A stretch of 64,000 nt of DNA, from contig OX597816.1 of NCBI GenBank assembly GCA_951406725.2, positions 165,230,001-165,294,000 of the forward strand, given 5' to 3'. Shown one piece after another: positions 40,555-55,747 of the stretch (positions are counted from its first letter, which is position 1; each line of letters begins with the position of its first letter). A program made the position numbers and the translations under genes. Under the pieces are notes generated by a model. The model did no database searches. It saw nothing but the letters and a program-made list of their open reading frames with translations, and had not been told where the DNA came from. Origin of the DNA: Octopus vulgaris (Eukaryota).

Positions 40555-40790
40555 TCATCATCACCATCATTATCATCGTTTAACGTCCGCTTTCCATGCT
40601 AGCATGGGTTGGACGGTTCGACCAGGGTCTGGGAAGCCAGGAGGCTGCACCAGGCACCAGTCTGATCTGGCAGTGTTTCTACAGCTGGATGCCCTTCCTA
40701 ACGTCAACCACTCTGTGAGTGTAGTGGGTGCTTTTTACGTGCCGCCGGCACAGGGGCCAGAGGAGGCTGGCAAATGACCGCGATCAGTTG
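40555..40790 (-). mobile_element. Dispersed retroposon family with (ATG)n tail
   Basis: Shared block CATCATCGTTTAACGTCCGCTTTCCATGCTAGCATGGGTTGG..CTGGATGCCCTTCCTAA; further copies near 33415, 43755, 44005, 45260, 51480, 52600, 55055, 56580 and 58860. Confidence 0.75.
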
Positions 40791-41455
40791 GTCTTACTCT
40801 GAAATATTTCTACTGTTAGAGGTGAAGCAAATTTTTTAAGTATGGGAATAAATTGGTTTATTATGAAGAAAAGTCAAACATTTAAAGATCTCTTTATTGG
40901 CGAGGTACCATATTTATTTGTGCAGAAGTTACACTGTTTTAATACTTCGTTTCAAATAAAGTGGGGTGTAACATAAACAAGTATGCTAAGTTTTGATTGT
41001 AGTGAAGGCACCGTGTATAACAAACTCTGAAGGCACAGTGTATAACAAACAGTAGAAGATGGTGGCGAACCCTGCTATACTCTTTCACCACAACTTTCTC
41101 TCACTCTTTCTTCCTGTTTCTGTTGTACCTGTATTTCAAAGGTGCCAGCCTTGTCACACTCTGTGTCACGCTGAATAATCTCCCCGAGAACTACGTTAAG
41201 GGTACATGTGTCTGTGGAGTGCTCAGCCACTTGCATGTTAATTTTACAAGCAGGCTGTTCTGTTGATTGGACCATCTGGAACCCTCATCGCTGTAACCGA
41301 TGGAGAGCCACAACAACAAACTATTAAAGTAAGATCAACAAAAGAAGTACTCCATCCAGTGTGTGTGTGTGTGTGTGTGTATGTATATATATGTGTGTGT
41401 GTATGTATGTATGTATATATATATATGTATTATATATATATATATATGTATGTAT

Positions 41456-41490
<35 letters not shown>

Positions 41491-41534
41491 TTATGTATGT
41501 ATATATATAATATATATACACATATATGTATGTG

Positions 41535-41566
<32 letters not shown>

Positions 41567-41821
41567 TGTATATGTGTGTGTATATATATACATACATACA
41601 TATGTATGTATATGTATACGCATTCATTTTCAGCCACCAAATCCACTCACAAGGTTTTGGACAGAAGACACTTGTGCAAGATGCCACACAGCGACACCGA
41701 ATCCAAAACCATGTGGGTGGGAAGCAAACTTCTTAAGCACATAGCCATACCCGTGTCTATAGAAAGACTACCAAAACAAAAACAAGAAGGTCATTTAATT
41801 GAAGAAAGAGACGATCACTCA

Positions 41822-41950
<129 letters not shown>

Positions 41951-42040
41951 TTAAGGGAGAAAAAATGAATTTAGTTCAATTTTGTTAAAAGGTAAACAAA
42001 TAAATAAAAAAAAAAAACAATAATCGCTAAAAATACAAAA

Positions 42041-42108
42041 TAGAATATCAGAATGATGTAGAGTAGAATATCAGAATGATGTAGAGTAGAATATCAGAAT
42101 GATGTAGA
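42041..42108. repeat. 23-bp tandem repeat x3 (TAGAATATCAGAATGATGTAGAG)
   Basis: Seen directly, ~100 nt upstream (minus sense) of the 41943 acceptor. Confidence 0.9.
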
Positions 42109-42140
42109 CGCCTCCATATATACTTAATATTCAATTTGTA

Positions 42141-42553
42141 GGCATAGGAGTGGCTGTGTGGTGAGTAGCCTACTTACCAACCACATGGTTCTGGATTCAT
42201 TCCCACTGTGTGGCACCTTGGGCAAGTGTCTTCTACTATAGCCTCAGGCTGACTAAAGCCTTGTGTGTGGATTTGGTAGATGGAAACTGAAAGAAGCCCG
42301 TCGTGTGTGTATGTATATAGATGTATGTATGTATGTGTGTGTAAATGTTTGTGTGTCTGTGTTTGTCCCCTTCAACATTGCCTGACAACCGATGCTGGTG
42401 TGTTTACGTCTCCGTAACTTAGCGTTTCGGCAAAAGACACCGATATAATAAGTACTAGGCTTACAAATAATAAGTCCTGGGGTCGATTTGCTCAACTAAA
42501 GGCGGTGCTCTAGCATGGCCACAGTCAAATGACTGAAACAAGTAAAAGAGTAA
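42141..42553 (+). mobile_element. OR-like CORE SINE, full length
   Basis: A box TGGCTGTGTGG, CORE-like CACCTTGGGCAAGTG, tail GAAACAAGTAAAAGAG. Confidence 0.9.
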
Positions 42554-45500
42554 TCAGAAAAACAAACAAACATGCTTGATGATGACAGAACAACCATATG
42601 ATTCCAAGTTCAGATCAACTGCATGGCACCATGAGCAAGTGTCTTCTACCAAAGCCATGAACCACCCAAAGTCTTGTGAGTGGATTTAGTAGAGGGAAAC
42701 TTTTCTACTCTCGACACAAGGCCTGAAATTTTGGGGGAGAATCCAGTCGATTAGATCGACTCCAGTACACAACTGATACTTAATTATCAACCCTGAAAGA
42801 ATGTAAAGCAAAGTCAACCTTGGTGGAATTTGAACTCAGAATGTAAAGACAGACAAAACACTGCTAAGCATTTCGCCCGGCGTGCTAACGTTTCTGCTAG
42901 CTCACTGCTTTGCAATAAGTAGATGGAAACTGAAAGAAGCCTGTTGCATATATGTGTATGTGTTTATCTCCTCCACCACCACCATCACCAGTGCTTAACT
43001 TAGCAATTTGGCAAAAGAGGCCACAAGAATAAGTATCAGGCTTCAAAAGTTCCAGCATGGCCAAAGTCTGATGACTCAAAAACATAAAAGATGTTCAAAT
43101 ATGTCTGTTGAGGAAACGATTCTACAACAGTTCCTGAACCAAAAGTGTTCATTCCAACATGCTGCTGTTAGAAGCTGATGCGTAATAATCTACTTCAGGC
43201 CACCGCCTCCACCATTCATTGTCAGATACAAGCATCATCATGACCAATATCTCCACCACCCTTACCATCAACATCATCACAACAACCATCATATATTTGT
43301 TTTATTTATAAAAATTATCGCCCTCTAAATCAAAGTAACTTTTTATTGTTTTTTTTTATTTTTCTGTTTTGTACGTGAGACTAACAAAATAGTAATGTCA
43401 CTTGGCCTCCAGCCATTTCACATAACATTTCACACACAGTGTGATGGTGTGTGTGTGTGTGTGTGTATAGAGAGAGAGCAACTTGTTATTGGTTATTAAC
43501 AAAAAGGTTACTATATTTTTCACGGACAGTGACAGTAATCGGATGTTTATAAGGTTTTTCTGTGTATGTGCACAAACATTAACATTTTAATATCCTCCAA
43601 TTGGAGAACTTCGTGTTTACAAATGAAAAGATAATGAGAGCATGATGAAATTAAATTACTTTCAACACTGAATATCTTATTTATTACTGTACTGGAATGA
43701 AAAAGATACATTTTTCATGGCTTGCATGGCATTTATTTGGAAAATAATAATCAACATCATTGTTTAACACTCGTTTTTCATGCTGGCATGGGTTGGACGG
43801 TTTGACTGAGGTCTGGAGAGCCAGCTGCTGCATCTGGTTCCAGTCTCATCAGGCAATGTTTCTACAGCAGGATGCCCTTCCTAACACCAACCACTCATGG
43901 TCATGATGGGTATACTCGGCTTCATATATTTTACCCCAGTGTCACTTTGATGGTGTGCTCTGCTCTCTCACTCAATAATAATAATAATAATAATAATAGT
44001 AATATCATCATCATCATCATTTAATGTCCGCTTTTCATGCTAGCATGGGTTGGACGATTTGACTGAGGTCTGGCGAACCAGATGGCTGCACCAAGAGTGT
44101 AGTGGTTGGCGTAATAATAATAATAATGATAATAATGGTTTCAAATTTTAGCACAAGTCCAGCAAGTTTGGGGGAGAGGCTCAAATTGATAACATCAACC
44201 CCAGTGTTCAACTGGTACTTATTTTTTTGGCCCCCCAAAAGGATGAAAGGTAAAGTACCAATTGAGGACTGGGATCGATGTAAATGACTTACCCAGTCCC
44301 ATGAAATTGCTGGCCTTGTGCCAAAATTCGAAATCAGCATTTTTATTATTCTGTAGAAAACATATTTGTTATGAAGCTAAACTACAAGGACAGTGCCACA
44401 CACTTTAGTTCCTCAAATGAAAAGAAATGTGGCTTTTTTTTTTTTGCTTAGTGACTGAAAAGTGTATGAAAGGAATAAACATGAGAATAATTTTTATTAA
44501 GATTCCAGCCAAGATGGATAAGAATGGAAAAAAATTTGCACACAAAGCAATGAGTTCCAAAACAACAATAGATGATAAAGATAAGATTTGTTGGCTTTTT
44601 TTTTACATGGCAGTTGGCTTCTCTGAGAAATTGCAAAACAAAAATTCTTTGAAATCAATATCTGCAAGATTTGGTAAAAAAACCCAAAAAAAAACAAACT
44701 CTTATTTGGAAAATCTCAGATAAGCATCATCAACATCATTTTAACATCTATTTTTCCTTGTCTTCATGGGCTGGATGGAACCTATTGAGGTAGATTCTTA
44801 ACAGCCAGATGCCATTCCTGCTGCCAACCCTCACATTTCCAAAATAAGGTAATATTTCCCAATGGTCAGATCTGCTCCAGTAAAATATTAGAAATGAATG
44901 ACACTGCTTGTAGGACAGTGACACTCGTTTACGACCATCATAGAATGGTTGAATGGTTTGAAGAAGTTAGACAAGTCAGAGAACAGAGTTATGCATAAAT
45001 GTCTGCTTTGGCACGGTTTCTACAGATGGATACCATTCCTAAAAACCACCGAATTTAGTGCACATGGTGTTTTATTCATGGCACCGGCTCAGTGCTTGGT
45101 GACAAAAGGTAAAAAAAGGGTAGGGTTAAGGATGACCACCTCGTGCTATGGTCATGGAGAAATGTCTAAGGTGGGTCTACCTATTATGGGCTGAACCACC
45201 AGGTTAAAAAAGTCCTGCTGAGGGTAAGAACTTCTTACATATATGCCAAACACTGTCAATCATCCTCATCATCGGTTAACGTCTGTTTTCCATGTTAGCA
45301 TGGGTTGGACGATTCGACCGGGGTCTGGCAAGCCGGGAGGCTGCACCAGTCTGATCTGGCAGTGTTTCTACAGTTGGATGCCCTTCCTAATGCCAACCAC
45401 TCCATGAGTGTAGTGGGTGCTTTTTACATACCACCGGCACAGGGGCCAAAGGAGGCTAGCAAACGGCCTAACAAAATCTCCCTCAACATATTATTTGCTG

Positions 45501-45702
45501 TCTTTAAAATTGTAGATCACACCCACCAACCTGAGTCAGAAGAAGTGCAGGACTCATGGCTCTATTTAGGGCCTCCAACATTGGTGGAAAGAAAAAGGTT
45601 ATCCTGAGACTAAAGATCCCACAATAGAATGGACCCTCTAAAGGAACTCAAGGACCAGTTAACAGTGGATTAAGTCTAATTGTTTAAACACTCAGAAATT
45701 TA

Positions 45703-45990
<288 letters not shown>

Positions 45991-46142
45991 TTAACATGTT
46001 TTGCAAGCATATTCTTTTCTGCTTAAGAAATTAGCTATCTAGAATTGGCTTGAAGCTATCATAATTACATGTAAGACTCAAGACAAAGACATACAACGGT
46101 GTGGCTGTGATATGACGAAGAAAAAAGCGATGATGTACTAAC

Positions 46143-46211
46143 CTGTGTTGAGGCAGTTATAGACACCACAAATGATGGTACACTTGAGCAGCTTAAGTTA
46201 ACCAATCGACC
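46143..46211 (-). CDS. AHCYL1: AHCYL1-like exon: GRLVNLSCSSVPSFVVSITASTQ
   Basis: 69 nt, phase 0/0; tattttcag acceptor, gttagt donor. Confidence 0.97.
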
Positions 46212-46695
46212 CTGAAAATAAAAACAGAATATTTAATTGAATATCTGAGGAAAAGATCATGTAGGCAGTCTCTTATCACTTTGGTACTGCGTATGTGCAT
46301 GTATATAGCACTGTTTCTTTGTCAATAAGATCAGAAGAAGCAAAAATCAAATTCAGTGAGAGGTAAATGCCATTTAATACAAGATTGCATGTGAGCTACT
46401 TCAAGTTTCATGCTTGGATACAGCAGTAATAGGATGGACTTATATTTGAACCTGAATGATTACTCGATCCTGTACAATATGCTACACAAGTCCATCTGAT
46501 TACTGTGCAATTTGTGCATGGGAATTGAAATAGCTACAGTAGAAGACACTAACCAAAGTGCTGTGAAGTGGGATTGAATCCAAGACTTCATGGTTGGGAA
46601 GCAAGCTTATTATCAACCACAGAGCCAAACCTGTGCCTAATTGTCAAAAGAACAAATCTAAATTATGAAATAGCACTGAACACTTAAGATAAGGT

Positions 46696-46926
46696 TTAAC
46701 CACTTAGCATTTAAACCAGCTATATCAGACCCAAATATTCTACCTGTTTTATGTTCAAACTGGCCAGATATGACCTCTTACACCTAGCCTACAATGTTAT
46801 TCTAAAAATTAATAACCATATCATTTAAATCTTAAAGCCACAAGACAATGCATGATTAATTTTTTCCTTAAATGTGAATAAAAATGTATTACATTTGACT
46901 AAGTAATCTGAACACTAAGGGGTTAA
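46696..46926. mobile_element. piggyBac-like MITE
   Basis: TTAA-CCACTTAG...CTAAGGGG-TTAA. Confidence 0.65.
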
Positions 46927-47074
46927 TATTGCTAAAGACAATTATTTATATTTGGTCTCAGTTCCAGATGCACACTGACAGAATTTTATTTCCATGCTAG
47001 CATGGTTTAGCTGAATAAATTAGAGAGGCAGTGTTTTACAATAGGAAACTTTTCTTGTCACTAACTCTCATTTT

Positions 47075-47330
47075 TTAACCCATTCATGCCGACTGTCTGT
47101 TTACACTGACCCTTAATTTATAAGGGTATAAAACAAATACTTGATAAAAATTGTGATTTGTGTTTTATCTGTATCAAAGAATGAAACATGTTCTTAACAC
47201 ATATGCACTCTGTATTAAACGGATTCCAATGAAATTCTTTTTTTCAGTTGTTATTTAGGTCAAAATACTAGTATCTGTGAATTTTCAGGCAATTTCATTC
47301 ACTAGAAAAATTTCAGCATGAATGCGTTAA
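47075..47330. mobile_element. piggyBac-like MITE
   Basis: TTAA-CCCATTCATGCCGA...TCAGCATGAATGCG-TTAA. Confidence 0.7.
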
Positions 47331-48356
47331 GTAAGGCATATTTTATTACACACATTTTCAAAGGTCTGAAGTCAACAGCAACCCCACTGACCAGTGATTT
47401 TTAGGGAAACTGCAAATACAGAACACACACAGACACACAATTAGGCTTCTCTCAGTTTCTATCTCCCAAATCCATCCCACATGGCTTCAGTCAGTACAAT
47501 CACTTAGGGACATTTCAATAGAAGCAAATTGAAGAAGAATGTTCAATGCTCAATAACCAAACAGGAGACTATACTTTAATGAATTAAAAATGTAGTCCAT
47601 TAACTTTTTTTTTCAAAGAACCATTTAATGTATTTCAAAATAGCAGAACTTAAGTAGACTGGCCTTTATTCCATCAAAACTTACACTCAGTATGGCACAA
47701 TGCCACTTGGCATCAATAACAGGTCATTCTACAGTCCTTAAAGAACTCTGCTGGCAGAACACCAAATCAATAATTTACATAATTTTATATAATTCTTCTA
47801 CATCAAAACACAACTTACTGCATTTTTTTTTCAGATCAAAATTTAAAGAACACCTCCAATGAAAAAAAAACAAGAAATTTATTATTTACAACAAGATTTA
47901 TTTTATTTTGTATGTAAAGAAAACCCCCACAAAATCCTTTGTTTCTATGCCAGCTTACCATACCATAGTGTTCTGGGAAAGCTTCCTACATGATGCCAAG
48001 TGATAAAGGACACTGAATGTTCCAGACCAGGTGAGACAAATCACCCCCAAAGAGAGTAAGAATGATAGATATTGATATTTTGCTATTCAACACCTCGAAA
48101 TGGAGTGAATTGCTGATCTGGGATATAGATGCAAATGGTGTGAAGTCTATTGCCACAGCAGATTCAACAAATAGACTTCACACTAGTTGCATCTGTGTCC
48201 CGAACTGGCAATTCATTCCATTTCCAGGTGTCAAGCAAATGGTACCAAAGGGCTACAATGTTGTAGTGCTAATTACTTAGTAAGTAGAACATGAGACTTA
48301 ATTTCCGGGTCATAGGTGCAAGCCCAATATTAGACAAATATATACATTTCCAGCAA

Positions 48357-48468
48357 TGGCTCTGATGAAGGTATCGTTAGTTTTATTCGGTCCTTCAATT
48401 TACCTCAATTGATCAATAGACCAACAGTAAACTTATCTACAATGACTGCTGGAAACAGCTGTAAGCCA
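48357..48468 (+). ncRNA. Type I hammerhead motif with long domain II
   Basis: UGGCU-CUGAUGA-(~83 nt)-GAAA-CAGCU-GUA-AGCCA; 5-bp stem I extended by GCAA/UUGC. Confidence 0.55.
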
Positions 48469-48572
48469 AATTTGCTATAATAAAGAAATTATATGTAATG
48501 ACCATTATTTTAACTTATATATATGTTTACTAAATTATATATGTGTGTGTGTGTGTGTGCGTATATATATAT

Positions 48573-49137
48573 CAGAGGCGACTCCAGGTCATCAGTGTCA
48601 CTCAGGCTCATCAGAGACTTTGCATAAGACACATACCTGCTCAAAGAATTTCAAGTCTTTCCGCTTTATTTCTAGCCCCAAATGGCTTATTTTTTTATAT
48701 CTAGCACTATGTCTTTCTCCATTTATAAGATAAAGGTAAGAATTAAGCAACTCCGCAAAACACAACTGATCTTTACACACAAACGCACAGAATAACAACA
48801 GGAGTGCACAACAAACATCAGTGATCGGACTCTTGCCTGTATTCTTGACAAGAGTGCCAGTTAGTTTTTTTACACCTACCAGGTTCATTCATATAGAGAG
48901 AATGTCTGCTACAAATGATATCTTTTGACACAGGGCACATCTAAGACGACTGCCAGATGCTGAATGATAATAAATGAACTGCAACCAGGCTCAATAAAGG
49001 AGCCCAGGTTAATGGCTGAAATTACATACCTGAAGTCAATATTGGTAGAAATTAAGTCAGCTTGCAAATACATGTTCACTTTACTAAATTTACACTCGGG
49101 CTAAGCCCGAACAGCTTGAGTACCGGAGTCACCACTG
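48573..49137. mobile_element. Non-autonomous TIR element inserted in (TA)n
   Basis: CAGAGGCGACTCC / GGAGTCACCACTG termini. Confidence 0.6.
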
Positions 49138-49599
49138 ATATATATATATAACTCATAATCCTTCTAATGCCAACTTTTCCATACTCACTTGTTTCCAAGT
49201 GAAGGAAAAATTTCCCCGCAACCAAAATTTTTTTTTTTTGCAGAATATTGAATGAAAATGATGTTGTTCACTGTTTCTATGACACTGACAACCATTTACA
49301 GCTATAATGTGATATCAAGACAAGAAACAAACACTCATACACACATACCTATATATATATATATACATACACAATGGGCTTCTTTCAGTTTCTATCTACC
49401 AAATCCACTTTCCCAAAGTGCCAAGTAGTGGAACTGAACATGAAGCCATGTAGTTCAGAAGCAACCTTCTCCATAACACAATCACGCCTGCATGTAAATT
49501 TATTTATATATACATATATATACACACACACATATATATATAAATTTACACTGTCATTGATGTCATCATGGCTTGTTTGAACTCTGTGTGAAAGATTTT

Positions 49600-49950
49600 T
49601 CTTGTATTCCTTACAGCAGTTTCTCAATGCCTTCATCCAGTACTTTCCTGTTACACTTGGTTCCATGTATAAATCCTGTCATCTTTGATTCCTCTTTTGT
49701 CATTCTCTCTCAGGTGATCTTCAGATGAGCCGACTTCTTTTCTTCTCTGGATTCCAATTCAAGGAATGCCTCACCAAGAATTCCCTTGGTCTTCTCAAAA
49801 TATAGTCCACCTATCTTCACTTGTGTCTTTCTATCTGCTGGCGGATGGATTTCTGCTTGACTTTCTTTCCAGAAGTGTTTGAGGCACAAAATTTCTGAAT
49901 AGCGAATGTTTAATGTTTCCAAGGTATCTGTTTGGAGCTTTCTGAGGATA
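49600..49950 (-). mobile_element. RTE-clade LINE 3' relic
   Basis: Frameshifted minus translation resembling ILCLKHFW..RWTILRRPREFLVRHSLNWNP of RTE C-termini. Confidence 0.55.
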
Positions 49951-50881
49951 TTCGTGGATTAAAAGGAAATAATTTCATTAATCCTGGCTTCCATGTTTAA
50001 AAATTCAGAACAAGAAAAACAAAAAAAACTGTACAGTTTTGTTTTTTTAAAAGATGAACATTTTCTCCTTTGATGACTGGAATTACTTTTAAGACTTGTT
50101 TCTGAACAGCTTATCAATGAACAAGGAGAGAATACACCATTTAGTGCTTATTTTATATAAGGAACCATCAACGTTTAAATTGCCATTTCTCTGCCAAGGG
50201 ATGAGTGATTTAAATTATAAAACAGGTTTCTGAAAAACGTTATGGCAGTCAGTTACAACCTCAAAACTACAAGGAGATGCAGAAGGCTAAACTGAGAGGT
50301 GCTTGAGTAAAAAAGACAATGTAATTGAAAAACAGTGGAGAAAATAATTATCTTAAGATTTGATAACGGACAATTAATAGTGTATAAGTGCAGGCATGAC
50401 TGTATGATTTAGAAGCTTGCTTTGCAACCACATGGTTTTGGGTTCAGTTCCATTGTGTGACATCTAGAGCAAGTGTTGTTCTATAAGAGCTTCTCATTAA
50501 CCAATTCTATGGGAGTCAATTTCATGGACAGAAATTGTGTGAAAGACTGTCATATATATATAAAACTGACCATGACCACCTCCCCACTGCACACAAGGAT
50601 TCAGAAACTTGTTGATCGAAAAACAATGAACACAAACACCATACTTTGGCCACCACATGGTGCCATACTCTCTTTAGCTGCCATCCTAAACGTGGACCAT
50701 ACTCTCAAACCTACAAATGTAAACATATCACGTATTTATATGTAGGTAGAATATGAACCACTGCCTGAATCCACCTTCCCTAAAAAAACTCATCCTAAGA
50801 ATGACTACACCCATCAATCTACCATCGGATGAAATAACAGGAACTTTGAAAGGCAACATATGAAATCTATATATATGTATA

Positions 50882-50916
<35 letters not shown>

Positions 50917-51098
50917 TCTCTTTCGTATACCTTACCATTTCTACTAATTTGTACTCCTCTCACACTATAATATTTGCTCCTATTCTTCTTATGCCCTCTT
51001 CAATAAGAATAATATACTGTACCTATTGGTAACTGATTCTTATCTATATATGTGTATGTGTGTGTGTGTGTATGCATTGTCTCTCTTAACCTTTTACA

Positions 51099-51223
51099 CC
51101 CTCTGATGAAGCCTTGAGGCACAATCAATACCCAAATTTTATCTACCAATCCCTACAGAACACTGAAGAGATGGAAATAACATGGAGAGTATAGTGGCCA
51201 CTTGGCAGAAACGGCCGTAGGGA
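51099..51223 (+). ncRNA. Type I hammerhead motif with long domain II
   Basis: CCCU-CUGAUGA-A-GCC..(~90 nt)..GGC-A-GAAA-CGGCC-GUA-GGG. Confidence 0.5.
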
Positions 51224-51362
51224 ACTGTTCTTTTACTATTTTATGTATTACTGGAACATATGTCTGTATTCTTAGAAATGTTTTAGAATAAATAGACATA
51301 ACAGAATGTCTAACAGTTGATAAGTGTCATTTCTGTATTCCCTCCATTTTCTTTTTGCCATA

Positions 51363-51403
<41 letters not shown>

Positions 51404-52051
51404 GCGATGACAATTGACCGAGGTCTTTGGCAATATGCTGTGTTTGTGAAGACTCATCAAACCAAGTGAAATCATAGTTGTGTCATGCCGGGTGCCACGT
51501 AAAAAGTGTTAAGAAAGGCATCCAACTGCAGGGAACCATGCCAAATTAAAACAGATCTTTGTACAGCTCTCCTGCTTACCAGTTCCAGTCAAACCATCTA
51601 ACCCATGCCAGCATGGAAAGTGGACATTAAATGATGATGATTATATATATATATATATATATAATGTGACTATCAGATGTCGTTGCACATCACTGGTTGC
51701 AATGCACTTTGCATTGTTCTTACCCGTTGAAATATGCCACTGTGCTGGCTAGATGAACAGGACAACATTTCCCCTAGTCGAAAGGGGGAACATAGTGTAA
51801 CATTATCCATTTTTTTCTGTCCTTGCTTTTGTATACATTCGATGCTTTCTTCCAAGGAATCTAATGCTCTTAGCTTAGTTTTTCCTTGGGGCTGGCCAGA
51901 CTGGAGCAATCTCGAGTATAATCAGTTGAAATTGTGAGGATAATCTGGTGCTTGACTGAGGAAAGAAAATCTCGAATGGTCTGTCCTTGTTTTCTTTGTC
52001 CCATTTTTGTGTCACCTACCTGTCTGGATGTTTTGTGTTCTTGCCCCATTT

Positions 52052-52093
<42 letters not shown>

Positions 52094-52218
52094 TATATAT
52101 ACTGTGACTTAACCTGACACCCCACGGTTGTGAAGCAAACTTCTCAACCACACCAGCACACCTGTGCCTATACAAGAAATTTCAGTTAAAGCAACTCAGT
52201 GGAGCCAACCATCTCCTA

Positions 52219-52416
<198 letters not shown>

Positions 52417-53027
52417 CTATATTTTTCACTTATTCAACACGCTTGTCTTCAAGAAGGACATTAACAGGACAATCATGCTTGGACTAAGTTTTATACTATT
52501 TTTCTTGTCTAACACAAGATCATCTCCTCCAATGGCCCCTCCCCTCTAAAAAAAGAGATTTTCTTTTTAGTCTTGCAAGAACTTGATGAACTTGTCAGTG
52601 CAGGTGCCACTTAAAAGCACCTGGTCCACACTGTAAAGCGGTTGGAATTTGGAAGGGCATCCAGCTGTAAAAACCTTGCCAAAACTGACCTCGTCTGTGC
52701 TTGTGCCACGTAAAAAGCACTAAGTCCACTCTGCTGAGTGGTTGGTGTTAGGAAGGGCATATCAAAGTCCTGCCAAAACAGATACAGAAGTCTGGTGCAG
52801 GCTTCTGCTTGGCTGGCTCTTGTTAAACTATCCCATCCTTGCAGTACGGAAGGTGGAAGTTAAACAATGATGATGATTAGTTACCAGAGAGAAACCAAGT
52901 ACCTCTGTTTAATAATAGTTGGTTGATTTATCCAGTCATACTTTACATTGTATATGTGTGTATATATATATACACACAAGTCCTCATGTCATATGAACCA
53001 GTCCCCACTGCCTTTAAACCCATGGCA

Positions 53028-53233
53028 TAGTGATTCTCAACCAGGGTCCATATAATATTTTGCTTTTTCTTCTACAATACATGAAATGTTTTTAACAATT
53101 TTTTAAATACAATTCCTAATAATATTTAATCTTAAAAATACAGTAGGATTTTTTTTATATACATTGAACAGGGCCAAGAGAATGAAGTAAGAATTACAGG
53201 GGTTTATAGACAATAAATGGTTGAGAAGCACTG
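53028..53233. mobile_element. hAT/Charlie-like MITE
   Basis: TAGTGATTCTCAACC / GGTTGAGAAGCACTG; same TIR type as 36019. Confidence 0.7.
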
Positions 53234-53687
53234 ATTCAGCACTTAAATCGGCCTAAAAGATGCACAAGCATATCAGAAGCACCTCAGTCACAGCAGTGCA
53301 TTTTCAGCAAAAATGGTTTATGAAAAACAATAGAAGTCCAGATTCGTATATAGGACCTGAGCGAGTGTTTTGAAATAATTTTTTTTTTAAAGGAAGACAG
53401 TGCATCTTATATGCCATTAAATATAAGAATTAAATAGCTTAAAAATATTCATATATCATAATTATTCAATTTCTAAAGAAAAACCATTCCTATGAATTCC
53501 ACAAGAAATATGAACAACTTCTTCAATATAATCTACCTTTGTTGGAAGTTACTGAGATTTTTACTCTAAATATCTCCATTGTTTGCTGTTTAGGCTAAAT
53601 CCTCATAAACAAATAACTGGGGAAAAAAAGACTAAATATAATATAATATATTTATCAGGTTTCAGACATGAGCTTCCTTTGACTTTA

Positions 53688-53867
<180 letters not shown>

Positions 53868-54474
53868 TCACCGACTAATTTATATATGTGCGTGTATGCA
53901 TGTGTGTATATGCATGCATATATGTATGTGTAGGAATATGAGCATATTTATATTCTTATCTTTTACTTGTTAGCCATTAGACAGTGGCCATGCTGGAGCA
54001 ATGCCTTGAAGAAGTTTTAGTCAAATGAATTGTCCTGATACTTGTTCTATTAGTCTCTTTTGCTGAACCGCTAATTCACGGGGATGTATAATAAACGAAC
54101 ATTGGTTGCCAAGTGGTAGTTGAGGACAAACACAGATGCAAAGACATACAGATATATACATATGACAGGCTTCTTTCAGTTTCCATCTAAATTCACTCAC
54201 AAGGCTTTGGTCGACCTAAGTCTATAATAGAAGACACTTAGCCAAGGTGCCACACACTGGGACTGAACCCAGAACCATGTGGTTGAACTTCTTACCACAC
54301 AGGCATGCTTGCATGTAGCTGCTATGTATGTATGTGTATATATGTGTGTGTGTGTGCATATGTGTGTGTGTGTATCAACCTCTTTCTCATATATATGCTA
54401 AAAATGCGAGCATGGAAACTAATTCTTCTGTAACAGGAGAAAGTCAATTGGAGAGATAGCAAATTATTCAGCAA

Positions 54475-54950
54475 TTAACTCTTTCATTACCATATTTCTG
54501 TTGAGATGTTCTGTGTTTGTTTCAATTACTTTAAATATAACAAAGAATTTAGTAGAATCACTTAGCTATCATTAAGCTAGTGTTAGGAACATAAATTGTG
54601 ACTAATGTTTGGTGGAAGATTTTAATTCAGAACTTATGAAAAGATATTTGTACTACAGAGCCAGATGCAATTTCTGCCAGGTTGGTATCAAAAAGATTAA
54701 GAATTGTTTATATATTATATATTTTAACCCTTTCATTACCATATTTCTGTTGAGATGCTCTGTGTTTCTTTTAATTAATTTTAAATATAACAAAGAATTT
54801 AGTAAAATCAGTTATCATTAAGCTAGTGTTAGGAACATAAATTGTGACTAAGGTTTGGTAGATGATTATTAATTCAAAACTTTTGAAAACAAGACATTTG
54901 TACCACAAAGCCAAAGGTGGTTTCAGCCAGGTTGGTATCAAAAGAGTTAA
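54475..54950. mobile_element. Two adjacent copies of a ~225-bp piggyBac-like MITE (54475-54700, 54724-54950)
   Basis: Each TTAA-C(C/T)CTTTCATTACC...GGTATCAAAAG..-TTAA. Confidence 0.82.
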
Positions 54951-55747
54951 AAAAAAAAAATGATAATGACTAGAAACCAAGAGGTAATTCTGCTCAACTA
55001 ACACACTATGAATCTCTTTGTATATGGACAAGTTTGCGTTCACATATATCTATGACATCATCATCGTTTAACGTCCGCTTTCCATGGGTTAGATGGTTTG
55101 ACTGAGGTCTGGTGAACCAGATGGCTGCACCAGGCTCCAATCCGAACTGGCAGAGTTTCTACAGCTGGATGCCCTTCCCAACTCCAACCACTCCGAGAGT
55201 GTAGCGGGTGCTTTTGCGTGCCACTGGCACAAGGGCCAATCAAGTGGTACTGACAATGGCCACGCTCAGATGGTGATTTTTATGTGACACCTGCACAGGA
55301 GCCAGTCCAGCGGCACTGGCAACAACCTCGCTTCGAATGTTTTTCATGTGCCACCAGCACAGGTGCCAGTAAGGTGACGCAGGTAACGATCACACTTAAA
55401 TGGTGTTTTTTAACGTGCCATCAGCATGGAGGCCAGCTTGTTGCTCTGGCAACGATCTCACTTGTATGGTACTCTTTAATGTCTATTTTTCCATGCTTGC
55501 ATGGAATTTGTTGAAGCAGATTTTCTACACACTGATGCCCTTCCTGTTGCCAACCCCTCATTTCCAAGAAAGGTAACAATGTTTCCCCCATGCAGAGACA
55601 CATTTTCAAAGATGATCGGAAACAAAGGACATCATTTGTATAATGGTGATGTGCTTTTACAACCATCACCCAAGGTCCAAAACAAGGAGACGCACAACAC
55701 ACACACCTACAAATACTCAAATACATGATCATCATCCTCGTTTGAAT

